Part shown: one piece after another, positions 24,286 to 37,890 of the stretch
How positions within the stretch are numbered: the stretch's first letter is position 1
Layout of the letters: each line of letters starts with the position of its first letter
DNA from: Octopus vulgaris
Taxonomy: Eukaryota
Length of the DNA stretch: 64,000 nucleotides
Direction of reading: 5' to 3'
NCBI GenBank assembly: GCA_951406725.2
Contig: OX597827.1
Coordinates: 22,010,001-22,074,000, forward strand
Notes under the pieces: model-generated
Database searches by the model: none
Told to the model about the DNA's origin: nothing
Seen by the model: the letters and a program-made list of their open reading frames with translations, nothing else
Position numbers and translations under genes: made by a program

Positions 24286-27200
24286 TTGATATGCATGTAT
24301 ATACAAACATACCGGCTTCTAAATACACACACATATACATACACACATGCTTAAGTAGACATGTTCATGCATTGATACATGCATACATACCAATGCATGT
24401 ATCCAAGCATGCATCTGCATGTATACATTGTACAGTGTCACACACATAAATGTCCATAAACATGCACATACACATTGTATATAGTTACACACACACACAT
24501 AAATATCCACTCACCCATGCTTACATAGACATGTCAACATCCAGAATTCTTGATATGAAAATATATAACAAAATGGGGGGAACATGTGGCAAAATAAGAA
24601 AGAAATTAGAATATGACGAATAGAAATAAGAAAAATATGACATGAAACAATATAAATATGGAAGTATAAGCTGTCGACACAAATCTAATAAATGAAATTT
24701 CTGTCTGTTCGTCTGCCCATCCATCTATCTGTCTATCTCTCCATCTGTCCATCTATCCAATTGTGTGTTTGTCTGACTCTCTCTCTCTCTCTGTCTACGT
24801 ATCTATCTGTCTGTCTGCCTGTACTTATATATTTCTCTCTTTATCTCTCTCCCTCTATCTATTTATCAGTGTATGTGTGAGTATATATATATATATATAT
24901 ATATATATGGAGAAAGAGAGAGAAGCACTCATTCCTCCATCTCATACGTATGTGCGTGTGCATGTGTTACATTTCCACCCTAACATAATTACTAACCCAT
25001 AACTCACAAACTTGTAACTAATAAATAATCCTGCAACAAATAAACTCTCGACAAACTGACACTTACAGCAAACTAAAACCTTAGTTCAGATCCAGTTAGA
25101 TGTATGACCTTTATAATCCCTTGAACAGAAAATTAAATGACAACAACAACAATTAAAACCAGGCTTATACCCATAACAGGCATTGGAAGAATTCTGAAGG
25201 ATATAAAATTACAGAAAGGAAGAAACAAAATCCGGAACCCACTGACAATTACATCACAAAAACGACCAACATTTCCTAAATAAGTATAAACATCCCATCA
25301 TCAGCCATTCTTTTGGAAATCATTGTAGTTTCAACACCAAAAATATATATTTTGAAGCACTGCTTGAGAAATCTTAGGCATTGTATAAAAAACCACAAAT
25401 ATGCATGGACAAAACAAATTCCAAAATGTGTAAGACAATACTTATGTCTTTCCAAACCCATAACAGTGTAAAAAGTGAAGCTCATATAATTAATTATGAA
25501 CAAAAATAATTGGAAACTAAAGTTCAATAAATAAAATTGAATTAAAAAGGAATAAATGAGCATTAAAGTAGTGGTATGTGATCTACTGGTTTAGGTGTTA
25601 CACTCATGATCCTCAGATTGTGGGTTCAATTCCTGAGTGAAACATTTCATTCTGTGTTGCTTGTGTGCTTTGTTGGGACTGGTGAGTCAAAACCTAGGCC
25701 CAATCTTTCTTCTGCATGTCACAAAGGGCAACTAAAAGGGGTTGAGGTAGGATTTTCACTCTGACCTCATAAAACTCTCTGGAGCAACCACTACCCAAAA
25801 CATACCCATGGGTTGGAGAGATGTCGCCTGGGTGGTATGGAGGTATCATTCACCAGGAATAGCAGGGGATCACCAAGAAATAGTGGATGCAGCAACATAC
25901 TGTTACAATGCATGCCTCCATACTACTACTACTACTACTACTGTTGCTGCTGCTGCTACTACTACTATTACTACTACTACTAAACTAGTGCTTATTAAGT
26001 CAATCTAATAATGACTATTAAATGGAAGTATGTGTGTGTGTTTGCATATTTGCACAATCATTTGTTAAATGCAAAATCCCCATTTTGCCCCAGACAGGCA
26101 TTCTGCATATAAAGACTATGACGACATGGATACAGGAAGTAGGGCCCCAGGAAGAGGGTTGGCTCAAGAAGACATGGCTTTGTAAATATCTTAAATCTGT
26201 GAGATCCAGACAGACAATCTGTGGCAGATTGACTATGCTGGTGGTATCTAAGTACACACTTAGCTACGTTCTGAGGTCGACTTTGCCTTTCATCCTTTCG
26301 GGGTCGATAAATTAAGTACCAGTTACGCACTGGGGTCGATGTAATTGGCTTAATCCCTTTGTTTGTCCTTGTTTGTTCCCTCTGTGTTTAGCTCCTTGTG
26401 GGTAGTAAAGAAATAGGTATCTAAATACACACAAACACACACACACACACAACACACACACACAAACACACACACACACACACACACACAAAAGCCGCTA
26501 TGTAAATGTGTGTACAAGTGAACAGATGCAGGTATTTTGTAAAAGGTGAGGACAGCTGTGTATATATGCACAGGTGTAAATGTAAACAACTGGGGATTGA
26601 TTCTGAAATAATGGGTTTATGCAAGTGTGAATGTAAAGATACAATCTTATATACAATGGTAGTGAAACATACCGACAGATGTTGAGGTGTTGTTTGTTGT
26701 CAAAGCTTTTATTAATTAAAAGATTTCTGCTACCTGAGTAACCTTGTCAGTGATGGAGATGGATGTTGTGAATATACAAAAGACAGACGATGGATGAGGT
26801 GAAAATGTTTGGAGAAATATTATTTCAATTGACATCAAACGGGTTTCTTCCTACGAGTCACGCAGGGTCATCATCATTGTTTAACGCCCGCTTTCCATGC
26901 TAGCATGGGTTGGACGATTTTGACTGAGAGCTGGCGAACCAGATGGCTGCACCAGGCTCCAATCTTGATCTGGTAGAGTTTCTACAGCTATTCAGCTGTA
27001 GAAACTCTGCCAACCTTCCTAATGCCAACTCTTCCTAATGCCAACCACTCCAAGAGTGTAGTGGGTGCTTTTTACATGCCACCGGCATGAGGCCAGTCAG
27101 GTGGTACTGGCAATGACCTCACTCAAATCTTTTTACACATGCCACCGGCACAGGTGCCAGTAAGGCGATGTTGGTAATGCTCATGCTCGAATGGTGCTCT

Positions 27201-27655
27201 TTTACGTGCCACCGGCACGGAGCCAGCTGGATGCTCTGGTCTGTAAAAATAATTGTGTATGCTGTATGGTGTTTCATGGTAGTGAAATATGGGCACAGCA
27301 CTGAATATGTGGTATAGTGTGCGAAGGCTGTGAAGAAATTAAACAAGCACGCTTCACTGGATGTGTAATAAGTCTACAACACTAATACCCTTACATTCAT
27401 CTTGTAATTTAACACATCTTCACCACTATCTCCTGTCTGTCCGTCTGTCTGTCTGTCTCTCCTTCCTCTTTTCCAACTGAGGTAGCCCCCCCCCCCCCAG
27501 GGTAAGACACCTGCTTCTATTCCTCTGTCATATTTTAACTTTTCATCACCTTACATAAAGCCACAACCCTCAATACTTCTCTTCTCTTCAGCTGAGAGAT
27601 TTTGTCTTGTGAGTTACTTATTGACCTTATTAGAGCTGGTGTCACATATTAAAAG

Positions 27656-28058
27656 GGATCTTTTCGGTTTGAATGGCAGTTTTTAACATAATTTCTAGGT
27701 AACTAAAAAATTTAAAACTTTGTATACTGGTAGAATGTGTTTATAAAACATCTTTTTCTCTTGGCTTTATTGAAAATATTCTATGGTTTGTAAGATATTT
27801 GCTGTTTTTTTTCTGCAATTTCAACCAATCAATGACGTCTATTGAGGTGAAAACATTCTGTGCCGTATGAATATTTCCCACGTTTAAGAAACAGATTGGG
27901 TTTATTTTCAGTTGTGAAAAAAAAAGAAGATATTCTTCCCCCACCTCTAACACTAAAAGAGATTGAAATGCAATAGATCGATTCTAGGGTCATAATTATG
28001 GGTGACAATTTCATATGACACCGCTAGAAAAAAACTGCCGTTCAAACCGAAAAGATCC
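27656..28058. mobile_element. Merlin-like MITE, family 1
   Basis: The 28-bp TIR GGATCTTTTCGGTTTGAAYGGCAGTTTT has one mismatch. The 8-bp TSD ATTAAAAG lies at 27648-55 and 28059-66. The element interrupts a SINE. Confidence 0.8.
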
Positions 28059-28399
28059 ATTAAAAGCACTCAGTATGCTTTGTAAAGTGGTTGGCATTAG
28101 GAAGGGCATCCAGCCATAGAAACCATGCCAAAACAGACAACTGGTGCAGCTCTCTAGCTTGCCAACTCTTATCAATCATCCCACGGCAGTATGGAAAACA
28201 GACGTTAAATAATAATGTTGATGATGATATACAGAAGCAAAACTACTAGTTTTAAAACCTCTGAATGAGATATAACTTTGAAGTTATTGCCACCTTTTAA
28301 AATTCACACACACACACACACACACGCACGTGCGCGCGTGGGAATTTTAAAAGGTGACCATAACTTGGAAGTTTCTCCAGAACAGACTTTTCGAAATCT

Positions 28400-28774
28400 G
28401 AATAGTTAGAAAAACAAGATTTTACAAACTCTGAACGTTTTGTCACCTCCAGCAATATATTTAACTTTACTCCACGCTTGGAATCTTTATTCGATTAACG
28501 TTTGTTATCTTATATAAAGTAATCCATTGAAAAAAAAAAAAAAATCAGAAATTATCTAATACGCCCAAAGACCAGAATTTCTTCGGATCAGCATATTTTA
28601 AGCATCGTAGATGATAATGTATTAATAAAAAGGCGGACGTGGGCAATATTTGTCATTTTTCAGTTCTGACTTTCTTTTAGATTTAAACATCTGAAAATAT
28701 GTTTCTTCAAAATCATAAATTAAAAGATATATATATATATATACATACATGTGTATATATATATATATACATAC

Positions 28775-28818
<44 letters not shown>

Positions 28819-29431
28819 GAAAACGTCATAACTCTGAATTTATTGAAAGGAGGGGGTTAAAATTCCGATCCTCTTCGAAAACAAATGTTTTTATTTTTGT
28901 TTTGGGGATTTTGAGATTCGTCATCTACGATGCTTAAAGTTTAAAGAAATTATGGATTTGGCGCAGTAAATAATTTCAGACTCTATTCAATACGTATGTC
29001 TTTCTATAGATGTATATATACATATGCGTATACAAACATGCACGTACACACACACCATTACATATACACCTACACACGGTGAGAGAGAGAGAGAGAGAGA
29101 TAGACAGAGGGGGAGAAGAAAGAGTGAGAAAACGGAATATAGAGTTACGTCCCCTCTATACAGTAAAACCGTTTAGTGACAAGATACAAACAATTTCTTT
29201 CTCATTTCCCATGAAAATTTGCCATCATGCATTATTTTCTGAATTTATAAAGAAAAATTTAAAACATTTGTCGTCGACAAACGAAGGATTTCGTAGCTTG
29301 TCGCAGCGTCTAATGTCGAATATCTAGCAATTATCTCCCCTTAGGTGTGAGAGCGCGCGTGCGCAAGTGTGTGTGTGTGTGTGTGTGTGTGCATGTACGT
29401 GTGTGAATGTGTGTTTGTGTGTATGTGCATG

Positions 29432-29500
<69 letters not shown>

Positions 29501-29945
29501 ATTTATTTCTGACGCATATATATATATTTCTGATGAAACTACAGGAGTAGTTGAAAGCGCTAATATGAAGAAATAATATGCAATATGTAAATAAATATAT
29601 ATTTTTACAACCATCCAGCATTCTGAACACCTTTTTCTTTCATAAGTATTAAATCTGTACATCACCCCCCCAACACTTCTAACACCCCCCCCCCCATATA
29701 TATATATATATATATATATAAATATATACATATATATACATGTATATGTGAGTGGGTGTGTATGTTGTGTGTGTGTGTGTGTTCCCTCCCCCTTTTGTGT
29801 ACATTGACACAGCGTAAACCACCGTTAACTCTGCCGGTGTCCGCCAGATGTCAGCAATCCACACCATTTGCCCGACACTCTCAACCGTTTCCAGCCACAT
29901 TGTCGTCGTCGTCCACCTGCTGCTGTTGCTGCCAAAACACCGAAG
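28400..29945 (+). promoter_or_regulatory. Probable LMAN1 promoter / 5' region
   Basis: CpG dinucleotides are visibly retained relative to the CpG-depleted background, and the region lies directly upstream of the first coding exon. The TSS was not determined. Confidence 0.45.
29525..29567 (+). ncRNA. Minimal hammerhead ribozyme motif (Penelope-type)
   Basis: CTGATGA (29530-36), perfect 6-bp stem II aactac-agga-gtagtt, GAAA (29553-56), palindromic stem III AGCGCT and a CUA triplet are present. Stem I is weak and imperfect. Confidence 0.65.
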
Positions 29946-30183
29946 ATGTTCAACAGAAACACCACACCATCACCAACCACAGCAACAGCAATGTGTTCAT
30001 GTCGACACACACTCCATACTCTGATGTTTCTCATTTCCTTGACGCTCATCGTTGTGGTCTGGTCCACCGCACCAATGGTCTCTGCGTCCGTTCCTCGTCT
30101 CAGGTTCGAATATAAACTCAGCTTTAAAGGACCACATCTCATACAAAAGGACAAAAGTATACCGTTCTGGGAATACGGCGGAG
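29946..30183 (+). CDS. LMAN1: ERGIC-53 / lectin mannose-binding 1, first coding exon (signal peptide plus start of L-type lectin domain)
   Basis: A hydrophobic signal peptide LMFLISLTLIVVVWSTAPMVSA is followed by RFEYKLSFKGPHLIQKDKSIPFWEYGG, which matches the ERGIC-53 N-terminal motif RFEYKYSFKGPHL..VPFW. Donor g|GTAAGA is at 30184, phase 1. The start is uncertain among in-frame ATGs at 29946, 29991 and 30024. Confidence 0.9.
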
Positions 30184-30219
30184 GTAAGAATTTCATTTCA
30201 TGTCTGCCTGTGTGTGTGT

Positions 30220-30269
<50 letters not shown>

Positions 30270-30362
30270 TTATATATATGTGTGTATATATGTGTGTGTG
30301 TGTGTGTTTATATATATGTGTGTATATATATATATGTGTGTGTGTTTATATATATGTGTGTG

Positions 30363-30393
<31 letters not shown>

Positions 30394-30934
30394 ATGTTTA
30401 TATATATGTGTGTGTTGTTACGTTCTGGTTTCAAATTCCGCCGAGGTCGACTTTGCCTTTCATCCTTTCTTGGTCGATAAATCAAGTACCAGTTACGCAC
30501 TGGGGTCGATGTAATCGACTTAATCCGTTTGTCCTTGTTTGTCCCCTCTGTGTGTAGCCCCTTGTGGGTAATAAAGAAATATACATGTGTATGTGTGAAT
30601 CAGACCAAGTGGTTAAGAAGTTCTTTTTTCAATCATTTGTTATCATTTCCCATCCCAGTTGGTGACAGATTCTCAAGTTGACCCAAGCCTTGACTAAAAT
30701 TGGGTAGACGGAAACTGTGAGGAAGCCTGTTGGACGGATTATTCCTGTAACGCAAAAATCAGTCCTTGTTACATAGTTTCATACGGTTTGCCTGTGCATC
30801 ACCTTAATAATTAGAATGCTCATCGTCGATACAGATTGAGATCCATTTACAATGTGCATGTGTCAATATCACGGAAAAGACGAGCTTTCCCTCATTTGTT
30901 TATCATAATCTACCTCATCTTTTTCGCTCTGTTA

Positions 30935-31192
<258 letters not shown>

Positions 31193-31755
31193 CATGTGTG
31201 CGTGTGTGTGTATATATATATATATAGTAATTAACCGTTTATTTACCTAAATTATCCACTTTTTCTTTTCGCACCAAAGGAACAGACTTTTGCAAATTTG
31301 TATTTTCCTATACTCCGCCGGATTGTGATTTGAAACACTCGTGTGAACAAATGTTTCAAATCAAAGCTCGATATAAGCAGGTTTTTTCCCACTGATTTTC
31401 TTAATCTACGATTTTCATAGCATATTGATTCCGAAGACATTACAGTTATCGCGTACTAAGAGTATTTCGGACTCTCATAAGAATACCAAACATACACACA
31501 TACCAATAAAGTGTGGAATAGAACTCAATACATGTGTTTATACACCTTATTATTATTATTTTCCATTGGCAGAAACTGACTATTGTAACTCGAGGACCGA
31601 GAGTTTCGTGTATAGCACTCTCTAACATAAACATATGTTTGTGTTAATTCCAGGTGTCTCTTAAATAGGACAGTCTTTAACTTTCTCCGTTTGCATGTCA
31701 CGCTGGACAGCATGCCTGTCTCTCTCTCTACCTCTTTCTCTCTCTCTCTCTCTCT

Positions 31756-31790
<35 letters not shown>

Positions 31791-32651
31791 TCTATCGGCG
31801 GATGTATGAATATATAGATCATGGACCGCACCTCCATTGCGATTTTTTTTTTTCTTGTTATCTATCTTATCCATCCATTTCTCTCTCTCTCCATTATCGA
31901 TATGCGTGTGTTATGTGTGTGTATGTATGTATGTATGAATATATATATATATATATATATATAGTGCGTGTATGTGTATGTATGCATCTTTTATTCTTTT
32001 CCTTGTTTCAGTCATAAAACTGTGGCGACGCTGGGATCCTGCTTTGGTTGGTTTTAGTCCGAACAAATTGATCCAGTGCTTATGGGTTTTTTTTAAAGTC
32101 TGGTACATCTATCAATCTCTTTTGCCAAACCAACTAGTTACAGGGACGTAAACAAACCAACAGTGTGAGTAACAAACATAGACACAAATACGTATACACA
32201 CACACACACACACACGTGTGTGTGTGTGTGTATATATATATGTATATATATATATAAAGCGAAAGAGAATACGCTTTCGCACAGTTTCCATCTACGAAAT
32301 TCACTCACAAGACCTTGATTGGCCTGCGGCCGAAGCCATTTTCCCAGGGTACCGTGCAGTGGAATCGAATCCAAAACCATGTCATTATAAAGCAAGTATC
32401 TCAGCCACACAACCAATGCCTGGTATGTATCTTTCAGTCATTGCACTGCGGCCATTGCTGAATGATATATCAACGCTGGTACTTGTTATTTCTTATTCTA
32501 TCTGTCTTTTTTGGCGAACTGCTAAGTTAGGGAGACATATACATATCACCACCAGCTGTGAAGTGGCGGCGGCAGACAAACACTAACACAAAAATACAAA
32601 ACAGTGGTGCCCCAGCATGACCACAACTTTAAAGCTGAAACAATGTTGAGA

Positions 32652-32700
<49 letters not shown>

Positions 32701-34919
32701 CATACATACACACACACACACATAACAGGATTCTTTCAGTTTCCTTCTATCAATTCACTCAAGAGGCTTTTGTTGGTCCAATGTAGAAGACACTTGCCCA
32801 AGGTGCCATGCAGTGGGATTGAACCTGGAACCTTGTCGTTGGGAAGCGAACTTCTTACTACACACCCATGCCTGCCCGTTTGTGTGTGTGTGTGTGTGTT
32901 TATGTATAGCCCCAAGACATTACTTTTCGCAGCACTGGACTGGCTTGTATAAGTTGATCTGATTTCCAGTAGACATCACCAAGACTTTGATGAAACCAAA
33001 TATCTTGGTTTCCAAATCAACAGGAAAGCTAATCCTGTTGGAATTAACTGTGGCCTTGAGAAGATGCAAGACATTTAGAGAATGTAATGCTAGGATTTGG
33101 TGATGGTAGAGAATGAGGTGTTTGGCAGTGGAGGCTAGTAGTTGAGGGCTTGCAGGTTACACTGTGAGTAAGGCTTATGGGACTTAAGGCATTATAGGGG
33201 CAAGCAGAAGAGCGATCAAGCAAAGTGTAGAGGCTGCTGCGAAAATATCTAGATGGGCTGGGGTGAAAAGAGGTGACCAATAGGGCTAGTAAAATGCCGT
33301 TTGGACACAGGCCTAGGCTTTGTCAACTTAGGTTAGGTTGCCTGGAAGAGGGTGTTTGTTTTAAGACCCTTAACATCTTGTGAATCCAGGATCCACAACA
33401 ATAGTGATATGTTCAAGCTTTACATCTGTAGATGTACACACTCACACATACACGCATAATATATATGTGCCTGTCTTTGGGTGTGTGTGTGTATTTGTGC
33501 CATGGCCAATGAGCAGGTACAGATGTGACTATGTGATCAAAAACCCTGCCTCACATGTGGTCTTGGGTTCAGTCCCACTTGGTGACACCTAGTGCAAATG
33601 TCTTCTATTGTAGCCCTAGGCTAACTAAAGCTTTGTGAGTGGATTTGGTAGATGGAAACTGAAAGAAACCTGTCGTGTGTGTGTATATATATATATATAT
33701 AAATATATATGTGTATGTCTTTGTCTAGACAGTACATGAAGGTTGTAAATGAGCATAATTTTCATACAAATGAACTTGTTCATGTTCAGTCTTCCATGAA
33801 AAACATGTCTGGTCATGGGGAAATAATCCCTTATTTAGGAACAGGTAAGGGTTGGTGATAGGAAGGGCATCCAGACATAGAAAATCTGCTCCAGCAAATC
33901 TCATTTGATCCATGCAAGCATGATAAAAACGGACAGTGAAAAACGATGATGATATTTGTGTATAGATGTAGAGATGTATCTTTATGTATATATATGCACA
34001 TGTATATATAGAAAGCCCTTTGTAAGACACCCATGCCGGTGACACGTTAAAAGAAAAGCACCGTCTGAACGTGGCAGATGCCAACGCCGCCTGACTGGCG
34101 TCCGTGTCGGTGACACGTAAAAGCACCAACTGATCGTGGCCGTTTGCCAGTCTGCTCTGGCCCCTGTGCCGGTGGCACATAAAAAGCACCCACTACACTC
34201 ACAGAGAGGTTGGCATTAGGAAGGGCATCTAGCTGTAGAAACACTGCCAGATCAGCCTGGTGCAGCCTCCTGGCTTCCCAGACCCCAGTCGAACCGTCCA
34301 ACCCATGCTAGCATGGAAAACAGACGTTAAATGATAATGATGATGATATATATATATATATATAGGTTATGAGAGGTAATGGTGTCAAGAAGACCCAAAG
34401 GTGTCAGGTTATGCTGAGTAAGGGCTATGGACAGACTATAGTTAAGCTCCAGGTTTGGTGATTATGCGAATGAGGAGTCCAACATCAGTCATATATTAGC
34501 ATGCATCTATATAAAAAATTAACTCTATGCTCGGAATGACCAATTTTAAATACTATTGAAACTTACACACAAGGCACAGGAAACTTATATGTATACCATT
34601 CTGCTTAAATAACGGAACTGCAGATACATTATCCCTGCATATCTCACATCTGTTTTCATTCCTCCACTTCGCTCTCTATTTCATATCTTCTCTTGAATAA
34701 CCATTGATTATATATCCCGGAAACAGCTGTAAGACCTTTTATTTATAAATGTTCTGAAATCTTTCACAGCCTTGGATTTTTATCAAGTAGTAGGCTTACA
34801 AAGAATAAGTCATGGGGTCAATTTGTTTGACTAAAGGCGGTGCTCCAGCATGGCCACAGTCAAATGACTGAAACTAGTAAAAGAATAAATGAATATATAT
34901 GTGTGTGTGTGTATAAATA

Positions 34920-35790
34920 CGGGTGCAATGGATAAATTGTTGCCATTTTATATTCTTAATTTCATGCATGCACATTGTTTGTTTTTGATTTTGTCAACTA
35001 CACAGTATAGTAGGGTCAATTGGGCACCCTCTATGAGAAAAACAGCACCATGATGCCATTCACTCTGCCAGAAATTTGGAAACAGAATGCTGTACTGCTT
35101 GGCATTTGCACCAGAAACTCCAGTACAAACATTTCAGAGTGTTTGGGTGTCAATCTGAGGAAATGTACCAAGAATGATAAAAATCAAACATCCAGTCAAC
35201 ATCATGGTGTTTGGAGTGATCACTAGTGATGGTGATGTTATGCCTCCATTCATCTTCCCACCTGGCCTCACATTCAACACGGAGGACTACATCAAGTGCC
35301 TGGGGGAGGTAATGCTGTCCTAGGTCAAGAGGGTGGCTGCTAGAAGACCCTATGTCTGGCCACAGGACTCTGCACCATGTCACACAAGCAAGAAAACCCA
35401 GTCATGACTGTCAGACAATTTCTGCGACCACACCACCCTTAACATCTGGCCACCTAACTCCCCAGACTGCAACCCCCTTGATTATTATGTGTGGGGTGCA
35501 GTTGAACGAGAGACCAACAAAGCTGCTTGTATCACCAAGGATGAACTGAAGGTTAGGATTATGGCAGCATTCACCAACTTAAACAAGGAAACCGTTCAGA
35601 AGAGTTTCAGGAGATTCCAAAGATGTTTGGAGGCCATGGTTGAAGTCATTGGCGATTTTATGGAATAAATTTACTCTTTAGTATTTCAAGATATTTTTAT
35701 GTAATTTTGGTAAATATATTTGTTAAAGTGAGATGTCACTCTTATTTTCATTTTTGCATAATTTAGACAACAGTTTATCACGGCAACCTG
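34920..35790 (+). mobile_element. maT (DD37D) transposon remnant
   Basis: QDSAPCHTSKKTQS*LSDNFCDHTTLNIWPPNSPDCNPLDYYVWG has 37 residues between the second and third catalytic Asp. It contains an in-frame stop and has TA flanks. Confidence 0.88.
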
Positions 35791-35794
35791 TATG

Positions 35795-35828
<34 letters not shown>

Positions 35829-37890
35829 TATGCATGTATATATTTATATATGTATACATGTACATCATCATCATCATCATCATTTAATGTCCATTTTCCA
35901 TTCTGGCATGGATTGGACAGTTCAACAGGAACTGGCAAGCCAAAGAGCTGTACCAAAGTCCACTGTCTGCTATGGCATAGTTTCTATAGCTGGATGCCCT
36001 TCCTAATGCCAACCACTTCACAGAGTGTACTGAGTACTTTTCACATGGCGCCAGCACCCACGCCAATGCTTTTTCTGTGACAGTCTGGTTTTAGGATCTC
36101 AATTCTGTTGTGGTAGGCAGGTCTTCTTGAGTATTGCAGTGCACCACATATCTTGGTCCTGTCATCCAACATCCCTTTTTCCATGCTGGTGTGAAGAGGC
36201 TGCTCTAAGCTCCAATGTCTGTTTTGGCTCCATTTCTACAACCGTATGCCCTTCCTAATGCCAACCACTTCACTGTGTGTGCTGGGTGCTTTTTGCATGG
36301 CATCAGCACTGGTGAGGCCACCAAATAGCCATAAGACTCCTCAGTTGAATGTGAGGGTTAGGAAAGCAAAGATAGAGGGACAGGAGAAGGTGTCTAGCTG
36401 AAGAGGTGAATACATGGCTTGCTGATCTGGAGAGAGAGAGATGTTGGAGTGGAAGGTGAATATGAAAAACAGAAAAGGTGGATTGTTAGGTAAGTGCATG
36501 AGAGTGAAAGTAGAGAATGAGTTGGATGCAGGAAAGGCCACTCCAGCAGAGAGGAAGTGAAAGGTGGAAATAGGGTAGCATACCAGACAGATAGATTAAT
36601 GGGTGTTGTGGTTTTGGGGGAGGCTTGACAGAACCTTAATTCTGCTGAGAGGGACAGTTTCTTCTCAAACAGAGCTTATCACCATGCATCTCAGTCCCCT
36701 ATTAACGTCCCTTTTTCCATGCTGGCATGGGTTTGCTGGTTTGGCATGAACAGACAAGCCAAAGGGCTGTGCTAAGCTCAAATGTCTGGCACTCTTTCTA
36801 CATCTGGATGCCTTTCCTAATGCCAACCACTTCACAGAGTATACAGGGTGCTTTTGTGGCACCAGCACAAGAGACTTAATATCTTGATGTCAGTTTTCCC
36901 CCACTCCATCCCGTGTCTTCTGCGGCCTTGCTTTCTCCTCAGGCTTCCTAGTGATCAGCACTTCTTCATACAGCTGTCCTCATCCATATACATCACTGAC
37001 CATACTAACGCAATCTTCTCTCTTGCACATCTGATGCTTCTTTTGCCCATTTTTCCTTTCAGTACATTTGTACTTTGCTGAACATGCATACTGACATTTC
37101 AATTCCAGTGGAGGATGCTACTTTCATTTCTTTAACAGCTCAAGTTTCATAACCATGTACTTGAGCATTTTCCAATGGAAGTCAGATGTAGAAGGCTCGT
37201 TGGACACAGTGTGAGATGACTGATATCCAAACTACAGTGGAGAACGCTAACCACTGGATTTGGTTAAAAAGAGACGATGAGTGATGGCTAGAAGAATATT
37301 GAGCTTTATTTGATAACCAGTTGATCTAGCAAGCAGGGCCTCATATCAGAGAGGTGGGCCGGTGTGCAATGGCGCTGTCGAGAGGTAGGCCCCGAAATGG
37401 CGTGCATTCTCTCCTGATGACCCCATACACTTGCTGGCTTCCGATATGTGGAGCTCTCGACTGGAAGCACTTGTATGTGCAAGTTGTTTGCAAAACATCT
37501 TGGGACACAGGTGGCTGTTTGGTAAGAAGTCTGTTTCTTAACCATTTGGTTCTGGGTTCAGTCCCACTCTGTGGCAACTTGGGCAAGTATTTTCTATTAT
37601 AACCTTGGGCCAACCAAACCCTTCTGAGTGTATTTGGTAGATGGAAACTGAAAGAAGCCCATCATATATGTGTGTCTGAGTTTGTTCCCCATCATTGCTT
37701 GACAACCAGTGTTGGTGTGTTTACATTCCTGTAGCTTCGTGGTTTGGCAAGAGATGCTGATAGCGTAAGTGCCAGGCTTAAAAGTAAGAATAAGCTCTCA
37801 AGGTCGATTCGTTCCACTAAAATTCTTCAAGGCATTGCCCCAACATGGCTGCAGTCTAAGAGACTGGAACACACAACCGATAAAAATATA

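Noticed and set aside
23561-24449. Long ORFs of 195-268 aa (YIYI/ICIY repeats), and similar ORFs at 21450-21759, 30052-30514 and 56098-56956
   Set aside because: These are translations of TA/TG microsatellites, which lack stop codons in some frames. They are not genes.
29825-30196. Minus-strand 123-aa ORF and other antisense ORFs over exons (e.g. 12830-13135, 48156-49357)
   Set aside because: These are shadow frames of GC-richer coding sequence on the opposite strand.
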